Below, piece by piece: positions 39,342 through 47,442 of a stretch of 64,000 nucleotides of DNA. Numbering within the stretch: position 1 is the first letter of the stretch; the number at the start of each line of letters is the position of its first letter. Position numbers and translations under genes: made by a program. The notes under the pieces were generated by a model that had not been told where the DNA came from, searched no databases, and was given only the letters and a program-made list of their open reading frames with translations. Source of the stretch: Anaerolineae bacterium (GTDB lineage: Bacteria; Chloroflexota; Anaerolineae; Anaerolineales; UBA6663); assembly GCA_037442085.1 (NCBI GenBank), contig JBBIQY010000001.1, positions 46,174-110,173 of the forward strand, written 5' to 3'.

Positions 39342-40247
39342 TTACTCCGCCACAAACGCCCCATTCCTCAGCGTCAGCCGCTCGATGATGCGCGCGTCGG
39401 TGGGCGAGTCCGTGGGCCGTGTGCAGGCCGTGACCGTAATCCAGCGAGACAACGGCCCCTTGACCACTTTCTTGGTCAGCGTGTCTTCGATCTGGAAAAT
39501 GCCGGCGGAGTTGTTCATCACGACCGTGATCTCGACCGGATAGCCGTTGCCGGGGGCGATGTGCACTTCGTCAATGGCGAGCGCGGAGACCGAGTGGATG
39601 TCCACCTTGCCCAGGTCGAACGCTTTGCGCCCCCGGCCTTTGGTCACATCCGTCCCGTCGGCGACGGCGACGATGCCGGCTTCCACCGTGAGCGGCGGCG
39701 GGTCGAAGTCGTGCGCGAGGATGGCGTGCAGGATGAAGGCGCGCAATTGCACACGTTTCTCCACGTCCGGATAAATCTGCGGCATCAGCCGGTCGAGCAT
39801 AGGCTGCGCCAGGCTGAGGCCAAGCATCTCGTGGTACTTGCGGTGCACCTGATTGCCGATGTCGTGCAGCAGCGTGGCGGTCGCCGTCACCAGGCAGGCG
39901 TCGTCCAGGTCGCCCGCGCCGGAGGCCACCACGTCCGGCGTCACTTTCGCCTCGGCCAGCAGATGAAAGATGCGGATGGCATTGGCGGCGGCAATGAGCG
40001 AGTGCGTCATGCCGTGGTCGTTATAGTTGAGCTTGACGGCGGTCAGGTAGTCGGCCATGTCCCAGTTGGCGATGGCCTCGGCGTCGGTGGTCAGCAGCTC
40101 CCACATGCGCCGGGTCTTGGGGTAACGCCCCCAGAGGGGCTCGATGGCGGCCAGCGTTTCGTTCATCAACTGTTCGTAGGAGGTGGGCAGCATGATGACG
40201 ACGCCGCGATTGCGATAAATGCGCGTTTCGTGGTGGGTGAGGGGCAT
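39342..40247 (-). CDS. HD-domain metal-dependent phosphohydrolase
   Basis: HD motifs NDHGMTHSL...LLHDIGN...HAILAHD. I prefer the start at MPLTHHE (40247), because the 17 upstream codons of the listed ORF are encoded by a heptamer repeat array. Confidence 0.7.
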   Translation of the reverse strand: MPLTHHETRIYRNRGVVIMLPTSYEQLMNETLAAIEPLWGRYPKTRRMWELLTTDAEAIANWDMADYLTAVKLNYNDHGMTHSLIAAANAIRIFHLLAEAKVTPDVVASGAGDLDDACLVTATATLLHDIGNQVHRKYHEMLGLSLAQPMLDRLMPQIYPDVEKRVQLRAFILHAILAHDFDPPPLTVEAGIVAVADGTDVTKGRGRKAFDLGKVDIHSVSALAIDEVHIAPGNGYPVEITVVMNNSAGIFQIEDTLTKKVVKGPLSRWITVTACTRPTDSPTDARIIERLTLRNGAFVAE

Positions 40248-40265
40248 GTCGGTCTCCGCGTAATT

Positions 40266-40316
40266 CGTGTTGCGTGTTGCGTATTCCGTGGCGATCAATC
40301 TCTAATCTCTGATCTC
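40266..40316. repeat. Period-7 tandem array spanning the DUF2723-stop / HD-gene-start junction
   Basis: CGTGTTG CGTGTTG CGTATTC CGTGGCG (40266-40293), then CAATCTC TAATCTC TGATCTC (40296-40316). Confidence 0.75.
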
Positions 40317-42899
40317 CACGACTCCCAGCGGCGCGGTCGGGCCGAGCTGCGCCAGGCGCGGGTCGAGCAGAGGCAGCGTGCGTTGGGTAAAGGCATCATA
40401 CCAGCCGAACGTCAATTGTGCGGGGCCGGGTGCAGCGTCGGCGGGGACGGTGAGGGTGTAGCGATCGCGCAAGCGGCTCCCGGCGATCCACTTGAGTGTG
40501 GGCAGGCCGCCGCCCACCGGCACGGTGTCCAGCTGCGCCCGCCAGCCGCTCCCGGTCAAATCCACTTTCGCGACCAGGTCCCGCACCAGCGAACGTGCGG
40601 CGATGAATTCCACATCCACCGTGACGGTCTCGCCGGGACGGGCCGTGGCCGGCCAGAACTCGGCGCGGGTGAGGGTGAGCTGGTCGCCGAAGGGAACGTA
40701 GCGGGAGGTGGTGGAAAGTAGGGGGTGGAAGGGAGATAAGGCGGGCGCCGAGTCCGAAATGGTCGTGAGGTAACCGGCCGGCGTTTGCCAGTGCTGGAAG
40801 AAGCGCGGCGACTCGGGTAGCGAGTAATCGGCGTCTTGCCCAATGAGGTTGCCGTGCTCAGCGACGCGGAACTGCGGCTGAGTCGTGACGGGCGGCGCGG
40901 CGCGCGGCGCGACGGTTAAGGTGGCCAGCGCGGCCTCGGCGAGCCGAGCGCCGTTCGGCAGATAGGCGCCGGCGACCAGGGTGTAAGTCCCCGGCGCAGC
41001 CTCCGGCAGCAGCGTCACCGTGTACCGTTCGGCCAGTATCTCGCCCGCAACGTAGCGCGCGGCGGGCACGCTGATATCCTGCTGGCCGTAGAGCAGACCG
41101 TCCGGCCCGAGAGCGTGGACGAAGAGGCTGAGGTCACGCGGCGCGCCGTTGACGCGCCAGGCGGCGATCAGGTCAACGGATGAGCCGGATGAGAGGATGG
41201 AGGGAATGGAGAGTGGTCGGTGGCCGAGAAAGTCAAGGTCGCCGAAAGTCTGCGCGCCTCGTAAAGCGGGAGGGGTTTCGGTGAGAGGTTGCGCGTAAGC
41301 GCGCCAGGCAGGGAAAGGCAGGGTCGCGAGTGGCGCGAAGCGATAGCCGCTGGCTGCGTACTCATTCGAGAAAAAACTAACGACGAGGACGGGGCGCGCC
41401 GGCAGATTAAGCCCGATCTCATCCACCCAGTTCTGGGCGTACGAGATGCCGCGCGGCACGACGTAGCGCACTTCCACATCCGGGCGGCGGCCCTCCACCT
41501 CTCGCAGATACCAGAGCGGCGTTGCCCAGTGCCAGGGCGCGAGGATGATTGCGCCATGCGGCGCTTGCTCCAGCAGCGTCTGTGCGAACTCGCGCGTGGA
41601 GTCATCCTGCGCCAACTGTCGGTAGCCGGGGAAGGTTGCCCGAAACTGAAGGCCGAGACCGCCGAGCGCCAGCGCCAGCAGCGGCAGCGCCAGGAGGGCG
41701 CGGGCCGGCGGGTGGAAATCCGGCGCTGAACCGGCAGGCGGCGCAGCCGGTGTGAAGTCCAGCCAGCGCAGTATCTCGGCGAAACCAAAGCCCATGAACA
41801 CGGCCAGCAGCACGAAGGCGGGCAGCAGGTACTCGGTCGTCTGCGGCGCAGCGTAGGTGATGGAGACGAAAGTGTGCGCGAGAAACGCGATCAGCAACGC
41901 GACGCCCAATCCTCGATCTCGGCTGACGACGCTTACCGCTCCGAACGCCGCCAGGGCCAGCAGGCTCCAGTGCCACTGAAAGTTGAGGAGCACCCAAAGC
42001 ACACGCAGCCGGTCAGGGAACAACTCCGGCGTGGCGAAGGCCAGCACCGCGCTAAGAAAGTTCCGGGCGAGCACCTGATCGAGGAAGCCCTCCCACGTGC
42101 CCAGGTTGGGCGGCGCGCCGTAGGCGTTGGCGCGGAAGGGGAAGTAGGCCCACGCCAGGAAAGGCAGCAGCCCGAACAGCAACGGCCACAACTGCCGTGC
42201 CATGAGCGCCAGGCCGAGGCGCTTCGACAGGCCGCCCGCGTACACCAGCCGCGCCACCGACCAATCGCTCTGTGCGTACACGAGCAGAGCGTACAGGCCG
42301 AGCGTTGCCACGAGAAAGATCGTCGAGCCGTGGTGCGACACGGCCAGGCCGGAGGCGAAAGCGAAGAGAGCAAGGGCCCTCGCCCCGGCGTCCTCTCTCC
42401 TCAATAGGGAAAGGGTGACGTACCGGGCGAGGCCAAGCAGGGCGAGGGCGACGGCGCCGGCGGAGAACATGCGCACATTGGCGGTGGTAGCCTGCGCCCA
42501 AAACGTGGTCGCGAAGCCTAGGGCCAGCGCGGTGAAAAGCCCGGCCAGCCTGGATCCCGTCCACGCGCGCACCGAGCCGCTGACGCCGACCAGGGCCAGC
42601 GCAGCCAGCAGCGCGGAAAGGACGTTGATGGCGACCGCCGGCGAGACAAAGGGCAGGCGCGAGATGAGCCAGCTCATCAGGGTGTAAGTGGCGAAGCCGG
42701 GCGGGTGCGCCACGCCGAGCAGCGCGCCGGTGATCTGAAACTCGCCCGAATCGGCGGGGAGCAGGCCGGGCGCCAGGGTGAAGGTATACAAGCCAAGCGC
42801 AGCCAGAAAAAGGAGGAAGGAAGAAGGGGGAAGGAAGAAGGGCCGGCCCCTTCCTGTTTCCTCCTTCTCTCTCCCTTCTGCCTTAGGCCACTGCTTCAT
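40302..42899 (-). CDS. DUF2723-family (TMEM260/PMT-like GT-C) polytopic membrane glycosyltransferase with large C-terminal extracytoplasmic domain
   Basis: 865 aa. N-terminal signature TFTLAPGLLPADSGEFQITGALLGVAHPPGFATYTL matches the DUF2723 D-x-G-E / HPPG motif. More than 10 TM segments, then about 400 aa of non-membrane region. The start is uncertain (it overlaps the GT4 stop by 17 nt). Confidence 0.75.
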   Translation of the reverse strand: MKQWPKAEGREKEETGRGRPFFLPPSSFLLFLAALGLYTFTLAPGLLPADSGEFQITGALLGVAHPPGFATYTLMSWLISRLPFVSPAVAINVLSALLAALALVGVSGSVRAWTGSRLAGLFTALALGFATTFWAQATTANVRMFSAGAVALALLGLARYVTLSLLRREDAGARALALFAFASGLAVSHHGSTIFLVATLGLYALLVYAQSDWSVARLVYAGGLSKRLGLALMARQLWPLLFGLLPFLAWAYFPFRANAYGAPPNLGTWEGFLDQVLARNFLSAVLAFATPELFPDRLRVLWVLLNFQWHWSLLALAAFGAVSVVSRDRGLGVALLIAFLAHTFVSITYAAPQTTEYLLPAFVLLAVFMGFGFAEILRWLDFTPAAPPAGSAPDFHPPARALLALPLLALALGGLGLQFRATFPGYRQLAQDDSTREFAQTLLEQAPHGAIILAPWHWATPLWYLREVEGRRPDVEVRYVVPRGISYAQNWVDEIGLNLPARPVLVVSFFSNEYAASGYRFAPLATLPFPAWRAYAQPLTETPPALRGAQTFGDLDFLGHRPLSIPSILSSGSSVDLIAAWRVNGAPRDLSLFVHALGPDGLLYGQQDISVPAARYVAGEILAERYTVTLLPEAAPGTYTLVAGAYLPNGARLAEAALATLTVAPRAAPPVTTQPQFRVAEHGNLIGQDADYSLPESPRFFQHWQTPAGYLTTISDSAPALSPFHPLLSTTSRYVPFGDQLTLTRAEFWPATARPGETVTVDVEFIAARSLVRDLVAKVDLTGSGWRAQLDTVPVGGGLPTLKWIAGSRLRDRYTLTVPADAAPGPAQLTFGWYDAFTQRTLPLLDPRLAQLGPTAPLGVVEIRD

Positions 42900-44037
42900 A
42901 CGCTGCCACGGTCTCGCGCGCGGTGCGCTCCCAGGAGAACTTTTTGGCGCGTTCCAGTCCGCGCGCGCGCAGGTGCTCGGAGACGCTGGGCTCGACCAGG
43001 CAGGTGATCAGGCCTGCGCCGAAGCGGCGCGCGTCCTGCGGGTCAATGAGGTAGGCCGCTTCCCCGACCACTTCGCCGATGGCGCCGGCGCCCGAGGCGA
43101 TGACCGGCACGCCGCAGGCCATGGCTTCCAACGGGGGCAGGCCGAAGCCCTCATAGCGCGAGGGGTAGGTGAACAGCGCCGCGCCGCGATACACCGCCGG
43201 CTTGTCGGCCTCGTCAATCGGCCCGATGAACCGCACGGCCCCGCTCACGTTGAATTCCTCGGCCAGCGCGCGGTAGTCCTCGAACAGGCGGCCATCGGGC
43301 TGGGGCAACGCGCCGGCCAGCACCAGCGGGTAGCTCTCGCCCACCGAGCCGGCGGCCCACGTCCAGGCGGCCAGCAGCGCGCGCACGTTCTTGCGTACAT
43401 CGAAGCCGCCCAGGTAGAGCACGTAACTGCCGGCCTCGACCGGCAGGTTGTATTTCGCGCGGACGGCTTCGTCCGCGCGCCAGTCGGACTGTGGGGTGTA
43501 TTGTGCGCCGGCGGCCAGCGCCACCACGCGCACCCTCGCCTCCGGCACACCCAGATGCTTCACGATGTCCGACTTCGATTGCTGCGAGTCCGCCAGCACC
43601 AGGGCCGCGCCGGAGACGGCGGCCGTTGCCAGCGCCGTGTACAGGCGCACGCGCCAGTCGCCGCGATACTCCGGCAGCAGGAGCGGGATAATGTCATGGA
43701 TGGTGACGACGATGGGGACAGGCGAGCTGAGCGGCGGCGCCCAGTGTGGCACATGGGCCAGGTCGGCCTTCAGCGCGCGGCAGGCGGCGGGAAAAAGCCG
43801 TTGCTCGAAGCGCACCTTATCCAGGTTGCCCCGCCCGCAACGCACGACATGCAGCGCGACTCCGGGCCGGGCGGGCACCGGCTCATCAGGGGTCGGGACG
43901 ACCGCCACATACTCGTGCTGCGGCGCGACCTGAGGGAGATGGGTAAGTAGGGCGTTGAGATATTGGCCGGTTCCGCTGTACCTGTCGTTGACGAGGAACC
44001 AGCCGTTGAAGGCGATTTTCAATCGGGCGATCCTCAT
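42883..44037 (-). CDS. Glycosyltransferase family 4 (GT-B, retaining)
   Basis: I prefer the start at MRIARLKIAFNGWFL (ATG at 44037, ATGA overlap with the DnaJ stop). C-terminal EGFGLPPLEAMACGVPVI E-x7-E motif. The 83 upstream codons in the track are Arg/Ala/His-rich and overlap the DnaJ gene. Confidence 0.85.
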   Translation of the reverse strand: MRIARLKIAFNGWFLVNDRYSGTGQYLNALLTHLPQVAPQHEYVAVVPTPDEPVPARPGVALHVVRCGRGNLDKVRFEQRLFPAACRALKADLAHVPHWAPPLSSPVPIVVTIHDIIPLLLPEYRGDWRVRLYTALATAAVSGAALVLADSQQSKSDIVKHLGVPEARVRVVALAAGAQYTPQSDWRADEAVRAKYNLPVEAGSYVLYLGGFDVRKNVRALLAAWTWAAGSVGESYPLVLAGALPQPDGRLFEDYRALAEEFNVSGAVRFIGPIDEADKPAVYRGAALFTYPSRYEGFGLPPLEAMACGVPVIASGAGAIGEVVGEAAYLIDPQDARRFGAGLITCLVEPSVSEHLRARGLERAKKFSWERTARETVAAYEAVA

Positions 44038-44606
44038 CGGAGGCGGCGCAGCGAGGCAGCGATCAGCGCCAGCATGATGGCGATGAACAGCGGCGCCAGC
44101 AGGTACGAGCCGACCGTGAAAATGAAGGAGACAGCGATCCAGAAGAAACGCCAGAAGGCAACGAGCCAGGCCGGCGCGAAAATGCCCAGCCCGACGACCA
44201 GGAACAGTGTGCCCCACAGCGTCAGCGTCAGCAACAGCCGGCGCACGCGCCGTGAGAGGTAGCTGCCGAGTTCGGCATCGCTCCACTCATGCGGCGGGCG
44301 TTGGGGGTAGGCCCACGGGTTGCTGTCGTAGTCATGGGCGGGGCGTCGAAAACGCGCCTCGGTCTCAGCGCGGCGCTCGACATCCAGCAGCAGGTCACGG
44401 GCGGCGTTGAGCGTGCGCATCTGCTCGGCGGCCCAATCCTTGCGTTCGGCGGGCTGAGTGTCCGGATGAATTTGTGCGGCCAGGCGACGATAGGCGGCGC
44501 GCACCTCGTCGGCGCTGGCGTCCGGCTTCAGGCCCAGAACCTGATAGGGATTCGTAACGGTCACGGCGAGAATTATATCTAAACGCTGGTCGTCAACGAA
44601 TGCCAA
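44034..44606 (-). CDS. J-domain (DnaJ-like) membrane protein
   Basis: 190 aa. J domain NPYQVLGLKPDASADEVRAAYRRLAAQIHPD with the HPD tripeptide. Two C-terminal TM segments. No Gly/Phe or zinc-finger regions, so it is not canonical DnaJ. Confidence 0.8.
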   Translation of the reverse strand: MAFVDDQRLDIILAVTVTNPYQVLGLKPDASADEVRAAYRRLAAQIHPDTQPAERKDWAAEQMRTLNAARDLLLDVERRAETEARFRRPAHDYDSNPWAYPQRPPHEWSDAELGSYLSRRVRRLLLTLTLWGTLFLVVGLGIFAPAWLVAFWRFFWIAVSFIFTVGSYLLAPLFIAIMLALIAASLRRLR

Positions 44607-44663
44607 AACGGATTGGCGGATACGAACGAATGCCCCTCAGTGGCCTCACTCTCCTCAGCGCCT

Positions 44664-45833
44664 TCAGTGTTGCTCCCTCACTGCCCCCCACACTATTACA
44701 ACCACCAGCACATTGATCAGCGCCGCCGCCAAGCCCACCCACTGGAAGCCGGCCTTGAACAGCCACGCGCCCAACAACGCACCCGCCATGCGCCCCAGAC
44801 TGTGTAGCGCCCCGCTTGTGCTTACCACTGTGCTCCGCGCCTCCGGCACCAGCTCGGTGAGCAGGGGGATATTGGCAACGATGCCGATCTCGAAGCCGAT
44901 ATAAACCAGAAAGATGCCACCCAGCGCCAGCCACAGATTGCCGCTGAGAAACGGCAGCAGCGCATACGCCGCCGCCGCCAGTACGGTCGCCGCCAGCACC
45001 ATTCGCCGTTTGCCCACCCGGTCCGCCAGCGCCGCCACCAGGCCCTCGCCTGCCAGTTCCGCTGCGCCGATCACGGTCACCGTCAGACCCAGCTCCGCCA
45101 CGCGCAGATCGAAGGTTTGCTCCATCCAACCCCCATATACCACGTTCAGCATCTCATTGCCCAAGGAGGTCAGCCCGCCGAAGCTGATGACGGCCAGCAG
45201 GTGCGGCTGCAACAGCGCCCGCCATTGAACCGGCTCCGTGCGCAACGGCGAGGCCGTGCCGCTCGCCCCGGCCACGACCCGCAGCACCCCGAAGACAGCC
45301 ACCAGGCCGAGCACCGCCAGCGGCGCAAACGGCGCGCTCCAGCCAAAGCGCGCGATGAGCAGGCCCAGCAGCGGAATGCCGACGAACGTCGCGCCCGCCC
45401 AACCAAACTCGGTGATGCCCATCACCCGCCCGCGCCGCTCGTAAGGCGTCTGGTCGCCCAGATGCGCCAGCAGCGCCGGATCGAACAGGGCCTTGGCGAT
45501 CAGCGCGGCAAAGACGGCTGCGACGAACGTGATGAGTGACGGCCACAGCGCCGCTGCGCCGAAGCCCGCCGCGAACACCAGCAGGCCGAGCGCCATCGCC
45601 AGGCGCCGCCCGAAGTGATCGGGCACCAGGCCGAACAGCGGCCCGGCCAGCCCGAAGGCGCCGCGTAACGCCAGTAGTTGCGTCACCGTCTCCGGCGTCA
45701 CGTCCAGCCCTCGACTGAACGCGGGCAGAAAAGGGTAGACCATCCGATAAGCGGTGTTGAGCAGGATGCGGATGGGCGTGGTCACCGCCAGTTGTGCGAC
45801 GAGGGAAGATGTGCGGGTTGTCTGCGTGTTCAT
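44664..45833 (-). CDS. MFS transporter
   Basis: 389 aa with about 12 hydrophobic segments. MFS loop motif GLVPDHFGRR. Confidence 0.8.
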   Translation of the reverse strand: MNTQTTRTSSLVAQLAVTTPIRILLNTAYRMVYPFLPAFSRGLDVTPETVTQLLALRGAFGLAGPLFGLVPDHFGRRLAMALGLLVFAAGFGAAALWPSLITFVAAVFAALIAKALFDPALLAHLGDQTPYERRGRVMGITEFGWAGATFVGIPLLGLLIARFGWSAPFAPLAVLGLVAVFGVLRVVAGASGTASPLRTEPVQWRALLQPHLLAVISFGGLTSLGNEMLNVVYGGWMEQTFDLRVAELGLTVTVIGAAELAGEGLVAALADRVGKRRMVLAATVLAAAAYALLPFLSGNLWLALGGIFLVYIGFEIGIVANIPLLTELVPEARSTVVSTSGALHSLGRMAGALLGAWLFKAGFQWVGLAAALINVLVVVIVWGAVREQH

Positions 45834-45926
45834 GGGGAGCGCCGATTATACTCTCGCTGTTCGGCATCGAATTGCGCGAATGGGTTAGCGCAAAGCCGGT
45901 CATCACTGCGGCCCGGCGTCCTTGCG

Positions 45927-45956
45927 TTGAATTTCCGCGCCCGATGCGGTTACAAT
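45927..45956 (+). promoter_or_regulatory. Putative sigma-70 promoter, -10 box 6 nt upstream of GTG start (leaderless candidate)
   Basis: TTGAAT (45927-45932), 18-nt spacer, TACAAT (45951-45956), then cggcct, then GTG 45963. Confidence 0.45.
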
Positions 45957-45962
45957 CGGCCT

Positions 45963-47270
45963 GTGTCCAAGCCGGATTTGCGCGCTGATTTGCGCGCTCG
46001 CCTGCAACGTTTGCGCCCGAGCAAACGCCCGCCGCAACCCGCAGAGCGCCTCCCCCGTGTGTCGGGTGAACTGATCTATGAGCCGCTCCCCGACCTGCTC
46101 CTGCCCGGCATCGAGCAGCACACCCCCGAGGGACCGTTTCAGCTCATCGAAGAACGTTATCCGCTCACACATCGCCACGGCCATCTGACCTTCGACGCCC
46201 TTCTGGCGCAACGGCCTGAGACCCTGGCTCGGCTGGCGCGCGCCCCCCAGTTCGCCGGCGCGGACTTACGCGGGCTGGCCTTCATTGACACCGAGACCAC
46301 CGGCCTGGCCGGCGGCGCGGGCACGTTCGCCTTCCTGGTCGGTGTAGGCACCTTTGAAGCCGACGCCTTCGTGCTGCGCCAATACTTTCTACGCCAGCCG
46401 GATGAAGAGCCGGCCATGCTGGCGCAGCTCTTGCAGGACCTCTCGGCGTGTTGCGGCTGGGTCACGTTCAACGGCCGCGCCTTCGACCTGCCGCTGCTCG
46501 AATCCCGGCTGACGCTCAACCGCCGGCGCGGCGCCCTGCTCCAGCGCCCGCACCTGGATCTGCTCTCCCCCGCGCGCTGGCTGTATCGCGGGCGGCTGGA
46601 CTCCTGCGCGCTCAACTCACTGGAGCGACATGTGCTCGGCGTGCCGCGTACGACGGACGACGTGCCCGGCGAGCTGATCCCGCTGATGTACGTCAACTAC
46701 CTGCGCACCGGCCAGACCCACGAGATGCGGCGCGTGATCTACCACAATGCCATGGACAGCCTCTCGCTGGTGACTCTGGCCGCGCATCTGCTGGAGGTGT
46801 TTGCCACAAGCGACGACAGACCACAGACGTCAGACCACAGACCGCCGTCCGCTGCCCGCGGTCAGCGGTCTCCCGAAGAGTGGCTGCGGCTCGCGCTCTG
46901 GCACGATCGCGAGAACCGGCCCGCTGACGCCGAAGCCGCTTATCGGCGCGCCCTGGCCGGGCGGCTGTCGCTGGAGGACCGGAGAACGGCGCTCACTCGC
47001 CTTGCTGCGCTGCTCAAGCGCCTGCAGCGCCGCGCCGAGGCCGTGCCGCTCTGGGAACAACTGGCCTCCTTCACCGTGGATGATGTGCTGCCATGTGTGG
47101 AGCTGGCAAAGTTCTATGAGTGGAAGGCCAACGACTTAATGCAGGCGCTGACGTGGGCGCAGCGCGCCGAGGCCATCCTGGCTACGCTGCCCGCCAGCTG
47201 GCGGCGCGCCGAAGCGCAGACGGCCCTCGCGCGGCGGCTGGAACGGATAAAGAGTAAGCTCGCGGAATGA
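45963..47270 (+). CDS. RNase H-like (YprB/PF13482-type) exonuclease domain protein with C-terminal TPR-like region
   Basis: I prefer GTG 45963 (VSKPDLRADL...). Exonuclease motif GLAFIDTETTGLAGGAGTFAFLVG...VTFNGRAFDLPLLE...YHNAMDSLSL. C-terminal helical repeats (EAAYRRALAG...). The upstream 95 codons overlap the divergent MFS gene. Confidence 0.75.
   Translation: MSKPDLRADLRARLQRLRPSKRPPQPAERLPRVSGELIYEPLPDLLLPGIEQHTPEGPFQLIEERYPLTHRHGHLTFDALLAQRPETLARLARAPQFAGADLRGLAFIDTETTGLAGGAGTFAFLVGVGTFEADAFVLRQYFLRQPDEEPAMLAQLLQDLSACCGWVTFNGRAFDLPLLESRLTLNRRRGALLQRPHLDLLSPARWLYRGRLDSCALNSLERHVLGVPRTTDDVPGELIPLMYVNYLRTGQTHEMRRVIYHNAMDSLSLVTLAAHLLEVFATSDDRPQTSDHRPPSAARGQRSPEEWLRLALWHDRENRPADAEAAYRRALAGRLSLEDRRTALTRLAALLKRLQRRAEAVPLWEQLASFTVDDVLPCVELAKFYEWKANDLMQALTWAQRAEAILATLPASWRRAEAQTALARRLERIKSKLAE
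46817..46844 (+). repeat. Four tandem heptamers CAGACCA CAGACGT CAGACCA CAGACCG inside the exonuclease gene
   Basis: Read directly from the sequence. Encodes RPQTSDHRP in the linker between the exonuclease and TPR-like parts. Confidence 0.85.
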
Positions 47271-47384
47271 ATCAGGTGAAAGGGGGAGTGGAAGAAGAGG
47301 GGAAACCCGTCGTTCACCCCTTCGCCCGCCCGATCCTGCACCCCGGCATCGGTTAACTCGACTTGAGACAGAAATCCCGTCTGC

Positions 47385-47412
47385 TTGCATGAATCCTATG
47401 CTCATGTAAGAT
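47385..47412 (+). promoter_or_regulatory. Putative sigma-70 promoter of the Atg22-like MFS gene
   Basis: TTGCAT (47385-47390), 16-nt spacer, TAAGAT (47407-47412). GGAGG SD at 47430-47434 precedes ATG 47443. Confidence 0.4.
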
Positions 47413-47442
47413 TCGGCATCCGCTCCCTTGGAGGAACAACTT

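Noticed and set aside
39258-40721. 487-aa plus-strand ORF spanning the HD gene and the end of the DUF2723 gene.
   Set aside because: It is antisense to two genes with clear motifs. It crosses a gene boundary and the heptamer array. The composition is Arg/Gly/Val/His-rich junk.
42778-43950. 390-aa plus-strand ORF opposite the GT4 gene.
   Set aside because: It is antisense to a glycosyltransferase with the EX7E motif, and no motifs of its own are visible.
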